This document shows, piece by piece, positions 1 through 9,607 of a stretch of 64,000 bases of DNA (its first letter is position 1; each line of letters begins with the position of its first letter). The DNA comes from a virus (Duplodnaviria; Caudoviricetes). The notes beneath the pieces were generated by a model. That model saw only the letters and a list, made by a program, of their open reading frames with translations, had not been told where the DNA came from and ran no database searches. The DNA is taken from positions 32,001 to 96,000 of the IMG/VR virus record IMGVR_UViG_2687453341_000003; one strand, 5' to 3'. The translations under genes and the position numbers were made by a program.

Positions 1-279
1 GAGACCGAATCGCTCGGTCGTAAAAGGTGTGCCGCGTTACGGAAAATCTGCTTAACAGTCAGGACTTTCGCTGCGCGCGTTTTTAGTCATTTTAGCTTTC
101 CGCGACCTGCACATAAGTTCTTGTTTGAACAGTCGTTAACCGCTTTCGGGTTACATCGGTGCCCCGCATCGGTCTCGAACGCATGCGACATACTACTTAG
201 CAATCACTGCGAACCGGCTGCACCGCCATGAAGCAGTTGTTACATGCAGCCGTCGAACTATCCTAGACCCACATCCGGG

Positions 280-1654
280 GTGCAAAAAGTGCGCTCCGCC
301 TATGTATTTCTCGGGAATTCACGGCTTTTCATCATGGCAAGCTTCCGCAACGTTTACACATCCCTCTTGCTCGTCATTGCCGGGTCAACGGACAGGGAAC
401 TTGCCCGCCAGGTCAACTACCTCAAGGCGGAGAACCAAATCCTTCGCAGTCGGCTTCCTGGTCGGATCAGTCTAACTGAACGCGAGAAGAACCGCCTGAT
501 TCGTTTTGCCAAAAATCTTGGTTCGGCACTCAATGAGTTGGCCACGATTGTTCACCCCGGGACCATCCATCGCTGGATTCGCGAAGCCGCAGCAAAATCC
601 AAGGCGCGCCGAAAAGGCAAAAGCGGCCGTCCCCGGACTGCAAAGGATATCGAGAAACTGATCCTTAAACTGGCCAAAGACAATTCCTGGGGCTACACCA
701 GGATCCTCGGCGAACTAAAGAAACTTGGGATCGAATCGGTAACGCGCAACACGGTCAAAAACATTCTCAAACGCAATGGCTTCGAGTCAGGCCCTAAGCG
801 AGGACCGGGCACTTGGGACGAGTTCGTCAATCGCCATGCGAAAACGCTTTGGCAATGCGACTTCTTCTCGAAGAAGATCGTTTCGAAGGCTGGCCTTCGA
901 GACATCTTTGTTTTGATCTTTATCAACGTTGAAACACGTCGCGTCTACATTTCGCCGTCGACCTACAAGCCAGATGAGCAATGGATGGTTCAGCAAGCGA
1001 CAACGTTTATCGAGTCGACAAAGGCGGGAGGTCCGAAATGCAAGATCCTGATGCTCGACAACGACGCAAAGTACTCCAAGCTGTTCATGGACGTATTTGA
1101 AAAGGGAAAAATCAAAATCCAACGAACTCCGATCCGATCCCCGAACATGGTCGCCTTTGCCGAACGATTCGTTCAAACGATCAAGCAAGAATGTCTCGAC
1201 CATTTCGTCGTTTTTGGCCACAAACACATGGACCTCCTGTGCCAAGAATTCAAAGACTACTATCACGAAGAACGGCCGCATCAGGGACTGGAGAACGAGC
1301 TTGTGATTGACGGTACGAGAACGAAGAAACGATCGAAGTCTGGAACGACACAATCCGAAGCCGTATCGATTCCGATTTCTGAGATTCGTTGCAAAGAACG
1401 GCTCGGTGGACTGCTCAAGAGCTATAGCCGCAGAGCGGCGTAGCTCAAGTCATCGTTCCACTTCCTTTGATACGTTCACTTCAGGTTTGTGCTTACTGCT
1501 GCGCACGACGCGAACATCCATCTGCACCGCAGCCATCTGTGTCCAAAAATGATCAATGTGCTATCTCAAACGTGATTCCAACTGCTCTCGATCCCTTACC
1601 TATTTCGTTCGGAAAATCACCTTGCTCGATGCAATCTAGTTTTTGCACAGGGCG
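280..1654 (+). mobile_element. Insertion sequence with DDE/rve transposase; ends approximate
   Basis: GTGCAAAAA (280-288) is the reverse complement of TTTTTGCAC (1640-1648). The portal reading frame loses portal-like character at about 1654. No target duplication seen. Confidence 0.6.
334..1443 (+). CDS. Integrase-core (rve, DDE) transposase
   Basis: HTH segment WGYTRILGELKKLG; catalytic segments WQCDFF, LDNDAKY, AFAERFVQTIKQECLD, RPHQGL; C-terminal ERLGGLLKSY. Start moved to ATG 334. Confidence 0.9.
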   Translation: MASFRNVYTSLLLVIAGSTDRELARQVNYLKAENQILRSRLPGRISLTEREKNRLIRFAKNLGSALNELATIVHPGTIHRWIREAAAKSKARRKGKSGRPRTAKDIEKLILKLAKDNSWGYTRILGELKKLGIESVTRNTVKNILKRNGFESGPKRGPGTWDEFVNRHAKTLWQCDFFSKKIVSKAGLRDIFVLIFINVETRRVYISPSTYKPDEQWMVQQATTFIESTKAGGPKCKILMLDNDAKYSKLFMDVFEKGKIKIQRTPIRSPNMVAFAERFVQTIKQECLDHFVVFGHKHMDLLCQEFKDYYHEERPHQGLENELVIDGTRTKKRSKSGTTQSEAVSIPISEIRCKERLGGLLKSYSRRAA

Positions 1655-2974
1655 CAGAGTGGTCGTATGATTGGCGAGGCGGATTTTCTGGGCATTGGCT
1701 TCTTTGGCTGGGTCGACATGCTCATGTCCGTCCCAAAACCATTGATGCTCGAACGACGAGTCGAGAGTGCGAAGCGAGTTAGGCAGATAGCCTTCGATGA
1801 GAACCGCTTCGCGCAGCCATGCGTACAGAATGCGATCCAGAATGGTGCGAGCCATTTGAGACTGCTCGACACGGATCGACTTGAAGTAGGTTTGATGGTC
1901 GAGTCGCCCAGATGCGTAGTTGTAGCCCGACGAATTTCCAGCGGCGACATTGAACGGCATGTTCAAACAACGTGCGATTTCGTTGAGAATCTCACGCTTG
2001 AACTCGGCGTACGTGGTCGCCGGTTGCTCAGCGTGCATCTGAGCCATCTTCCAACCGCCAGGCATCGTTAGGAGCGCTCGCTTCTCCAGTTCGATCGGCT
2101 CGAACGGTTCCGCGGCGTCGGCTTCGCCACCTGCGGGCGCGTCGGTGTAGAGAATCCCGGCAAAGTCAGCTGCTGTTTCTGCGGCAGCAAGCACTGCTAG
2201 AGTGAATCGACGAAGTTGTGCGAAGAGTGGCAGCGCTGGCGTAATGTCAGGAATACCACGAATCTGCCCTGGCCGATCACTGCGAAAATAGTGAAGGACC
2301 GAACTGGCGTCGATCGTGTCATAGTTCTCTGTCAATGAGAATGCGTCATCACCTGGATGTTCTCGGAGCACATCGTATGAAATCGGATTGCCATGCTCAT
2401 CAAAGCGGATGCCATCGAGATAGCGATAGCTGTCAAAGGCCAAGAGAGGCGAACTAACCTGTTCGGCCTCGACCAGCTTTAGATCAAGTTGAACCGGCGA
2501 ATCAATTCTCGGGTTACTGGTTAGCAAACCAAACGATTCACCGTCTGAAACGCGAGCAAGCCGCATCGTGCGTAGTTTCTCTGCGAGGCCAACTGCATCA
2601 GCCCAAGCAAAGAACTCCTGTTCAACAAAACGGTTGGCAAACGCATCCGCAGTCAGCATCTGCAATCGAGGTCCGGTACCAACACAGTCGTTGGCCAGAG
2701 TCAGCGAGATACCGCGAGCATAAGAATTGTTAGCGATCTCGTATCGCGAACGGTTGCGTAGCGTGCGACGCACTTCAGGGCTATTGGCCGCACTGGCCGA
2801 TAGTCCGTCAGCGGCTGCCCAGTGGCGAACGTTGTCGACCGTGGTGGTCGCAGCGTCATAGCGTCCCAGCAGTCTCATCATCGACCAGGGGTGTCGGGTC
2901 GAGCGTCCACGGACGAGCGATCGATCAACTCGATCACCGTTCTTGCTCAACATCCTTGATAACAACTTCAACAT
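1655..2974 (-). pseudogene. Lambda-family portal protein, 3'-truncated by the IS
   Basis: YDAA, LRNRSRYEIANN, RPGQIRGIP, NYASGRLD, WDGHEHVDPAKEANA motifs. After ANHTTTL the frame runs into the IS end and stops at 1553. Confidence 0.85.
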
Positions 2975-3045
2975 CCGTGAATCAATCCCTACTGTGAAAC
3001 CCGACACCCCTGCCAATAGAAACAAGCTCGATCAGGTGCGAACGA

Positions 3046-3243
3046 TTAGTCCGCACCCGGTGGCACGAGCTTGTTGAATCGAAGACCACGCTTTGGTTGA
3101 GAGGCGGCTGCCTTGGACGCTAGATACTTGTCTGCCGCGATCTGCTCGGTGAGCTTATGCTGCTCGACGCTTCCGGCATCGCCCGATGCCTTCGCGGGTG
3201 CCTTCGCACTCTCGCGAATGGAGTCCCTCAGATCGTCTGGCAT
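3046..3243 (-). CDS. Small head-completion (gpW-position) protein
   Basis: 65 aa ORF directly upstream of the portal; position and size match gpW-like genes. Confidence 0.65.
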   Translation of the reverse strand: MPDDLRDSIRESAKAPAKASGDAGSVEQHKLTEQIAADKYLASKAAASQPKRGLRFNKLVPPGAD

Positions 3244-3288
3244 TAGAAGTTCCGTCCATTGTCAAAGGTAGCTGTGTCTCTCTACCCC

Positions 3289-3323
3289 TTGAACTACTCA
3301 CGAAACATGCAAACTGGCGAAAG
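3289..3323 (-). promoter_or_regulatory. Bipartite motif TTTCGCCAGT-N12-TGAGTAGTTCAA, copy 1
   Basis: Same motif and spacing at 7951, 20973 and 24861; lies about 45 bp upstream of the gpW-like start. Confidence 0.7.
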
Positions 3324-3418
3324 CGACGGACAGAATTTGGGAAATAGTTTGATTCACAGCCTACATGACGTGAACGAGAGCCATGACTGTGGGACTTAGC
3401 GCGGTGAATGCCGCTAGA

Positions 3419-3916
3419 TTAGAGTGTCTCTGCCGTCAGCATTGGAAGAAACATCCGATCAGGTAATTTCGGTAGCGAGATAAAACCGAACTTCTCATAG
3501 AAATGCGTTGCGGTTTCCCCTTTGGAATCGACAACGATAAGGCTTGCCGCGATCTCACTTGCCACTCGGACGCATCGTGTGATTGCATCGGACAATAGTA
3601 GCGTGCCGACGCCAGGCTGATTGATGTCTCGAGCCAGTCGTCCTATGAGTATCGCGGGAATCTCGGGATAGCGGGGAAGTTTTCTTGTAACCTCATCGGG
3701 TAACTCAGCAAGGGCTACCGATGTCGCACACAGAGTGTAATAACCGATCACTCGCTTCGGCTCCATGCTCTTGACCAAGACAAAGACCGCCGACGCCTTT
3801 CGTTTCACATCTTGTTTCGCATACTTGGCTAGGTATTCGTTGAGAACTGGCACGCCACAATCAAATTGCGATCGATCGTGTTGATTGCCAAGCGGTTCAC
3901 AAACGAAGTCGCTCAT
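3419..3916 (-). CDS. GNAT acetyltransferase toxin (AtaT/TacT family)
   Basis: FDCGVPVLNEYL, GYYTL, PAILIGRLARD, GVGTLLL, FYEKFGF; overlaps a DUF1778 gene. Confidence 0.92.
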   Translation of the reverse strand: MSDFVCEPLGNQHDRSQFDCGVPVLNEYLAKYAKQDVKRKASAVFVLVKSMEPKRVIGYYTLCATSVALAELPDEVTRKLPRYPEIPAILIGRLARDINQPGVGTLLLSDAITRCVRVASEIAASLIVVDSKGETATHFYEKFGFISLPKLPDRMFLPMLTAETL

Positions 3917-4206
3917 CGACTTTCGACCTGCTTGCGATAGCTCTCCATGGCAAGCTTCAACTTCTTGTTTGGCTTCTTGGGTGCAAGAAGTGCCTCGACC
4001 AGAATTTTGCTTTGCGCTTGGTCCAAGTGCACCTTCTCATGCTCATCGATCACTTTCTTTGCAGCGACTTCAACATGAGCGAGTACAAATTCAGAAACAG
4101 TCCGACCACTGAATGCGGCAGCCCGCTCGATTAGATCTTTCTGCTCTTGAGACACTCGAGTCTCGATTCGAGCCGACTTTGAGGTACCGTTCACAGTTGC
4201 CATCAC
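3913..4206 (-). CDS. DUF1778 ribbon-helix-helix antitoxin
   Basis: KSARIETRVSQEQKDLIERAAAFSGRTVSEFV; 4-bp overlap with the toxin; AAGGAG RBS. Confidence 0.92.
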   Translation of the reverse strand: MMATVNGTSKSARIETRVSQEQKDLIERAAAFSGRTVSEFVLAHVEVAAKKVIDEHEKVHLDQAQSKILVEALLAPKKPNKKLKLAMESYRKQVESR

Positions 4207-4226
4207 TTGCTCCTTGATTCACTACT

Positions 4227-4255
4227 ACTGTACGGCATATTTCCGTACAAGTCAA
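4227..4255 (-). promoter_or_regulatory. Sigma70-type promoter of the TA operon with overlapping operator palindrome
   Basis: Minus strand reads TTGACT-N17-TACAGT; inverted repeat TGTACGG-N7-CCGTACA at 4229-4249. Confidence 0.75.
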
Positions 4256-4291
4256 TTTGAATGGGTTTCGCTTCCAAAGCGAGAAACCACA

Positions 4292-6559
4292 TCAAACCCG
4301 TCGTCGCCCCTGCATTTCCTTGAAACTCAGTCGATTTCGCTTCTCGGGAACATCTCGATCGGTACCAAAGAGCACAACGCCTTGCATGGATGCCGCAACG
4401 GCAGTGCCTACCAAACAGTCGAACCAGTGGTTGTCGGGCTGCTCGGGTCGCTGCTTCCATTCGTCAACTGATCGGCCACGCCCTTCCGTTTTGATGAAAT
4501 ATTCGGACGTGAGATGCTCGGAGAGCATACGGTGGGTTTCGGCGTTGCTACCAAAAAGCGATAAGCAGCCGCGATCGCCCATGGAGACTCGCATTCGAGC
4601 GTTGATGAATGATTTCCACCAGTTGGTGTCATAGAGCACGTGTCGGATGGCGCGCTTGCCATTTACGTTGGGCACGCGCCAGTTGAGACCGACCCGGTCT
4701 CCGGGCCGACGTCGATACTCGCTGAACGGTTGACTTGAAGCACCTACGAATCTCCCGTGGCTCGGCATGATCACGGCGGCATGTTTGGATTGCCGGCAGA
4801 ACTGATAGACCACATCAGTCGATTGGCCCCAGTTGGCGTCGATCAAGCAGCGACCGATTCGCATTGCAGCCCCATCGTCTCGTTGCCACTCGCGATCGAG
4901 TAGATTGGATGTCAGCGATTCAAGGCCGGCGTAGATCGATCCCTCGAGCCCAGTTCCCATTGCCTCGGAACTCAACGTTTGCCGAGCTTCCCGTAATGTG
5001 AAGTACGGACGCTGCTGATCGGGATAGCAACCGTAGTCAATGATATAGCCTGTGAAATCATCCTCCCAGGCAGCGACTACATAGAAGAGCAATTTCTGCT
5101 GGACGTCGATGAATGCGGTGAGGTGGTTTGCTCCGATGGAAACCAAGCCGCGATCCAAGCGGTTGATCTTGCTTGCAACCTCTGCGGGTTTGAGCATCCC
5201 ATCGCTAACCGTCTCGGCTGGCAGCGGTTGGTTCTGGTATTCAGCGAAGAACGCAGCTTCATCCTGAAGCTTGAGGTTCATAGCATGCTGGATTGCCGAA
5301 AGTTCATCGTAGTTAAATCGCTCCTGCCAAGCGACAACAGCGCCGTCATCCATAGCCGCTTGGTTCTGACGATAGAATTCGGTGGCTGCTTCACCACCAT
5401 CACCACCTCGCATCCCTTCCGCGCGGATCTCGGCATAGCGTTCCCAAAGTGTTTCGTTCTTTGGGAAGGAGTAAACCATCTTGGTTCGTTCGCCATTCCA
5501 TTCGGGATGTCGATTGCGATCGAGGATATTGTCGGCCATATCACCAGGGCGAATCACCGTGCAGGGCATGATGCCTGAGATCTTCTTCCCCGGGCCAGCC
5601 AAACCGAGCACTGCACCGGCAAGAATGCTTTCGCGATTTGCACATTGCGAAAGCGAACGCGCACTCTCATCGGTTTGCGGGTCATCGAGCACCACGAGGC
5701 TTGGACGGACCGTTCGACCATCGGGGCGCTTGAACTTCATTCCACGGATACGACCGGTTAGGCCAGCGACCTTGATAATCGCTCCGCTGGCACTGCTACC
5801 TTCGATGGTTGGCAGCACAACCTCTTTGGCGGTCCATCCGATCTGCGTGCGTTTGCCTTTATAGAGCTGACCATTCGCGCGATTTGAGATTCCATCGAGG
5901 GCTTGGATGGGAAAACAAACCTCGGGGAAGTCGGCTAAAAGCAGCTCGTTGCTGTCGAGTTCGGTTTTGATCGAATCGAGCATGTCGCAGGCGTGGCCTT
6001 CGTCGCTACCGATCAGACAGACGAAGTTCCGATGTCCGTAGAGCACTGCCCAGATGCAAGCGACTTCTGCGATCGACGATTTTCCACTGCCACGTGCCAT
6101 CGCCAAGGCAAACAATCCCCCATGGACAACAGCTTGCTCAATTTTGTTGATGACCTTGATATGGTCCGGAGACCATGCGAGATGAAACGTGAGCGGAAAG
6201 TAGGTCTCGCAAAAGTATCGGAAGTCTCGCGATGCGCGATCTTTCCGATCGGGATTGTCTACCACCGGAAGTTCACCGATATCTCGGCCGGCTAGCGCGA
6301 GCGCTGCGTTGCGTGCTCGAGCTCGCTCCTTCATCGCTTCGTACGAATCGACCCCTGAGTTTTGTTTGGGAGTATGGCGTACGACGTGCATCCAGGCGCA
6401 GTAGCGAAGGAGGTCGACCGTCTTGTTGTCACCGATACGGGCGCCGGCGCGTTGCCGATGACGATACAACTGCCGCTCGCTGATCACCTCGCCTAGCGGC
6501 GTTGAGTTGAGCAGCCGGCATAGCTCACTTGGCTTTAGTTTTCGAGGATCACTCGCCAC
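4292..6559 (-). CDS. Terminase large subunit (GpA-like) with N-terminal extension
   Basis: Walker A ARGSGKSS, VVLDDPQ, nuclease AFIDVQ, C-terminal DNHWFDCLV; upstream of the portal. Confidence 0.9.
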   Translation of the reverse strand: MASDPRKLKPSELCRLLNSTPLGEVISERQLYRHRQRAGARIGDNKTVDLLRYCAWMHVVRHTPKQNSGVDSYEAMKERARARNAALALAGRDIGELPVVDNPDRKDRASRDFRYFCETYFPLTFHLAWSPDHIKVINKIEQAVVHGGLFALAMARGSGKSSIAEVACIWAVLYGHRNFVCLIGSDEGHACDMLDSIKTELDSNELLLADFPEVCFPIQALDGISNRANGQLYKGKRTQIGWTAKEVVLPTIEGSSASGAIIKVAGLTGRIRGMKFKRPDGRTVRPSLVVLDDPQTDESARSLSQCANRESILAGAVLGLAGPGKKISGIMPCTVIRPGDMADNILDRNRHPEWNGERTKMVYSFPKNETLWERYAEIRAEGMRGGDGGEAATEFYRQNQAAMDDGAVVAWQERFNYDELSAIQHAMNLKLQDEAAFFAEYQNQPLPAETVSDGMLKPAEVASKINRLDRGLVSIGANHLTAFIDVQQKLLFYVVAAWEDDFTGYIIDYGCYPDQQRPYFTLREARQTLSSEAMGTGLEGSIYAGLESLTSNLLDREWQRDDGAAMRIGRCLIDANWGQSTDVVYQFCRQSKHAAVIMPSHGRFVGASSQPFSEYRRRPGDRVGLNWRVPNVNGKRAIRHVLYDTNWWKSFINARMRVSMGDRGCLSLFGSNAETHRMLSEHLTSEYFIKTEGRGRSVDEWKQRPEQPDNHWFDCLVGTAVAASMQGVVLFGTDRDVPEKRNRLSFKEMQGRRRV

Positions 6560-6755
6560 GGCCCATCTCCTTTGCTTGCCAAGCGCTATAGTTCACGAGG
6601 TTGATCGTGCCATCGGCGTTCGCGGGCGCACCTTCATGGAGATCGCTTCGGATCTTCTCGGCATCGATCCGTTCTCGGTAGGCAGCGGACAGAAGTTTCG
6701 CGGCTTGTTCGATCGAGAGTCTCGTCGGATCGACCGGCTGTTTGTCTTCACTCAT
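6549..6755 (-). CDS. Small HTH-like protein preceding terminase (possible small-subunit role)
   Basis: 68 aa, GGAGG RBS, overlaps the terminase start. Confidence 0.7.
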   Translation of the reverse strand: MSEDKQPVDPTRLSIEQAAKLLSAAYRERIDAEKIRSDLHEGAPANADGTINLVNYSAWQAKEMGRGE

Positions 6756-7030
6756 CGCATTCCTCCGTGACTTGGTAGTTCAAAACGTGGGGCCACTGTT
6801 TGCGCCGTGTCGCGTTTCCCCATCCACTTCGCCTGGTTATGCGAAGCATGTTTGAACGCGACGGTGGCGTAATGTTGGGGCACCGGTGGCTTCTCGAAGA
6901 ACATGCGAAATTGCTGGAAAAACATGATGCAATTCGCTGGATGATTCCTCTCCCGCAAGGCTTCATGTGTGTTGTCGCGACGCGAAGAACGCGACGAAAC
7001 ACAAACCTTGCACCCCAGAGGAACATCACC

Positions 7031-7888
7031 ATGAACGCAAACGAAATTTTCTTTGGTCTGGAATTTGAGACGACGCTTCCGAACAGTGACACCACACCAA
7101 TCGGCCCCTACCACAACGGATACCAAGTCCCTTGGTTGCCAAACGGATGGAAAGCGGAACGCGATGGTAGCATCCGCCCTGAGAGCCCATGCCGCAAAGG
7201 ATGCGAGTTCGTAAGCCCCAAGCTGAAAGGTTACGATGGCCTCAAGGAAATCGAGGAAGCGATCGACCAAATCAACGCTCGTGGGGGACGAGTCAATTCG
7301 AGCTGTGGTCTCCATCTTTCGATAGATTGGCGTGGCGACGCAGCGGCACTCGCACGACTGATCTCCCTGGTTGGCAACCACGAGAAAGCGATTTTCGCGA
7401 GTACTGGGACTCGCCGCCGCGAACAAACGATCTACACCAAGCAGATCAAGCAATACGGCGACAAAGACGCTGCGAAGAATCGATGTGAAGCGGATCGCTA
7501 CCACCTGCTGAACCTTACCCACCTCGCTGCCGGTAGAAACCGTATCGAATTTCGGGCTTTCGCAGGAACTCTCAACAAGACCAAGGTGGTCGGATACCTG
7601 ATGATGGTTTTGGGATTGGTAGAGCTGGCCCTGAACACCAAACGCTGCAGCGATTGGGACTACATCAAGAAGGAAGGAACCAAAAGCTGCTGGGATAGAC
7701 CAGGCGCCGGCCTTGGGGAAACGGAGATCAACCGATTGTTCTACCGCCTCGGTTGGACCAAGGGTTGGTACAAGGGCGCTCTTCGCGACAAGGTTTACGG
7801 GGAGATCACAGGGGAAACCAAACCGGATTGGAAGGCGATCAAGACCAAGCTGATCGAGCTTGCCCGCAAGTACGACCGCGCGGCCTAG
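7031..7888 (+). CDS. Putative amidoligase (COOH-NH2 ligase type 2)
   Basis: FGLEFET, WKAERDGSI, CEFVSPKL, VNSSCGLHLSI, IEFRAFAGTL. Start placed at ATG 7031. Confidence 0.88.
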   Translation: MNANEIFFGLEFETTLPNSDTTPIGPYHNGYQVPWLPNGWKAERDGSIRPESPCRKGCEFVSPKLKGYDGLKEIEEAIDQINARGGRVNSSCGLHLSIDWRGDAAALARLISLVGNHEKAIFASTGTRRREQTIYTKQIKQYGDKDAAKNRCEADRYHLLNLTHLAAGRNRIEFRAFAGTLNKTKVVGYLMMVLGLVELALNTKRCSDWDYIKKEGTKSCWDRPGAGLGETEINRLFYRLGWTKGWYKGALRDKVYGEITGETKPDWKAIKTKLIELARKYDRAA

Positions 7889-7902
7889 GACTAATCCAGA
7901 CG

Positions 7903-7931
7903 AAACGCCGGGAAAACAATCCCGGCGTTTT
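7903..7931 (+). terminator. Intrinsic terminator-like hairpin
   Basis: AAACGCCGGGA-loop-TCCCGGCGTTTT just after the amidoligase stop. Confidence 0.65.
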
Positions 7932-7950
7932 GACGTTTTCTGGCCCACCA

Positions 7951-7984
7951 TTTCGCCAGTATGGCGTCGGCTTGAGTAGTTCAA
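7951..7984 (+). promoter_or_regulatory. Bipartite motif, copy 2
   Basis: TTTCGCCAGT-ATGGCGTCGGCT-TGAGTAGTTCAA. Confidence 0.65.
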
Positions 7985-8029
7985 AGATAGTGGGCAATCG
8001 TCTTCGGCGTCGTCGCATATCGCGTTTTG

Positions 8030-8043
8030 TGCGACATGTCGCA
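8030..8043. promoter_or_regulatory. Operator-like palindrome TGCGACATGTCGCA
   Basis: Perfect 14-bp palindrome; core CGACATGTCG recurs at 21741 and 21859. Confidence 0.55.
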
Positions 8044-8170
8044 GATCAGAGAAACCTGTGAGATTTGCCATTAATCCTCGCATGTTCGGCTTGAGGTTAT
8101 CTAAACCGCATGGCTCCATGGTGTCATCGCGTAAGCGATTCGAAACCGAGTTCCCAACGGAGACACAAAC

Positions 8171-8428
8171 ATGACCAACGCAAGCAACCCACACGCAGCG
8201 ACCGACGCGACCCTTCGCCAAATCTTCAAGGCGATGGACGCCCACCAAGCCCAAGAGATCCGCGAAGCCTACTACAAGGCGATCGAGGGACTGATGACCT
8301 TGGCTGAAACCCTCGAAGTCGCCGACGCACAACAAACCCCCAGCGCCGGCCCGCTTCTCACCGAACACTTCCACGCGGTCCAAGCGTTGGACGCCATGAA
8401 GAACAGCCGCCTCGGCAAGATCCTCTAA
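8171..8428 (+). CDS. Hypothetical protein
   Basis: 85 aa, GGAG RBS, helical composition. Confidence 0.8.
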   Translation: MTNASNPHAATDATLRQIFKAMDAHQAQEIREAYYKAIEGLMTLAETLEVADAQQTPSAGPLLTEHFHAVQALDAMKNSRLGKIL

Positions 8429-8458
8429 ACCCAAGAACATAACGAAGGAGAAATCAAC

Positions 8459-8716
8459 ATGAAGCTCGACACCTTGATCGAAATCCTGAACGACTACCGC
8501 GAAGAGTTCGGAGGCGACGCGGAAGTGCGATTGATGACCCAGCAAAATTGGCCCTTTGAGAACCGTATCTGCGGTGTAACGAGCGGGCGCGACATGAACG
8601 AATCGGATGAGGACGATGACCAAGATGTCGCTGACGACCAAACGGTCTACATCGTCGAAGGGGGGCAAATCTGCTACGGCAGCAAGAGGGCTTGGGAAAA
8701 CTACAAGGATAGCTGA
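8459..8716 (+). CDS. Hypothetical acidic protein
   Basis: 85 aa, AAGGAG RBS, very acidic. Confidence 0.85.
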   Translation: MKLDTLIEILNDYREEFGGDAEVRLMTQQNWPFENRICGVTSGRDMNESDEDDDQDVADDQTVYIVEGGQICYGSKRAWENYKDS

Positions 8717-8722
8717 ACGCAA

Positions 8723-8962
8723 ATGTATATCGGACAACTTCATTTGGTAACCGACCTCGAAGACGGAGATCGGGCCTATCCAGAGGCGAACGTCTCGTAC
8801 GAAATCGAATCGATTGACGACTCTTCGCTCAATACGACCGTCGCGTATGTCGAGCGACGAGGGAATCGGCTGATTGCAAGAGGATACAACGGACGGGATT
8901 ACGCCGTCTCGGGCGTCGATGGTTACGAACTTTACGCGGTTCGAAAGCCGCCACAGCGATGA
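8723..8962 (+). CDS. Hypothetical protein
   Basis: 79 aa, 6 bp after the previous stop, followed by a terminator. Confidence 0.7.
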   Translation: MYIGQLHLVTDLEDGDRAYPEANVSYEIESIDDSSLNTTVAYVERRGNRLIARGYNGRDYAVSGVDGYELYAVRKPPQR

Positions 8963-8983
8963 TGATTGCCCGCTTCGCGACAT

Positions 8984-9017
8984 CGCCCCACGTTTGCGAC
9001 GTGAGGGCGTTCTTTTC
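8984..9017 (+). terminator. Intrinsic terminator-like hairpin
   Basis: CGCCC-CACGT-loop-ACGTG-A-GGGCG followed by TTCTTTT. Confidence 0.6.
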
Positions 9018-9208
9018 TCGATTGGCGTCATTTCCCCCAGATGCAATGCGATGCGACTGTGGCCAAACGGTTGCGACTGTGGGGCTCGGAAACATTCTTC
9101 AAAAAAGCATCGAACTACTTTTTGAATTGCCTTGCTGTTTATCAAAGTGCATGGCTCATGTGTGTATACGCCCCAACGAATTGATAACCCAAACGAAGAG
9201 ATGCATAG

Positions 9209-9523
9209 ATGACTCAACACGACCTCGACCTGACGATTACCAAGATCAGCCACCGAACCCCTGGAGCAGGAGGTTCTTGGGTCCAAGGGAAGATCAACAA
9301 CGAATACCGATTCGATGCCCTGGTCTTCTCGGAACACGCGGAATGCGAATCGTACGAATTGGGAAGGAGCAAGATTTCGAAGCTTTGGATCCAACGCCTT
9401 TCCGATCGCGCGGTGATGTTCAACTTCGACCGCGGGTTGGATGTCGCTGCGGTCAACACCGAGGTTCAGGTGGTGGTTGATTTTCTTTGCGAAGGACTCT
9501 CCGACTTGGTCTTTGGTTCCTAA
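9209..9523 (+). CDS. Hypothetical phage protein
   Basis: 104 aa; SKISKLWI and NFDRG segments resemble small phage/ICE proteins. Confidence 0.8.
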   Translation: MTQHDLDLTITKISHRTPGAGGSWVQGKINNEYRFDALVFSEHAECESYELGRSKISKLWIQRLSDRAVMFNFDRGLDVAAVNTEVQVVVDFLCEGLSDLVFGS

Positions 9524-9592
9524 GCCGAAACGCGGAAGCGATCCGCGTCGCCGATCGGTGGTTCGATCGGCCTGAAGACGGCAGCCAACCAC
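9524..9592 (+). ncRNA. Type II hammerhead ribozyme
   Basis: GCC-GAAA-stem III (CGCGGA/TCCGCG)-GTC site-stem I (GCCGATCG/CGATCGGC)-CTGAAGA-C-GGC. Loop I GTGGTT pairs with downstream AACCAC. Confidence 0.85.
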
Positions 9593-9607
9593 GAACATGA
9601 ACAAGAG

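Noticed and set aside
192-220. Fifth copy of the bipartite promoter motif
   Set aside because: Minus strand GCCGGT...TAAGTAGT has mismatches and a 13-bp spacer; too weak.
6800-7030. N-terminal extension of the amidoligase ORF
   Set aside because: The region contains a promoter-like block; family motifs begin at ATG 7031.
8959-9480. 173-aa + strand ORF
   Set aside because: It crosses a terminator and a promoter-like block and overlaps the better gene at 9209 in another frame.
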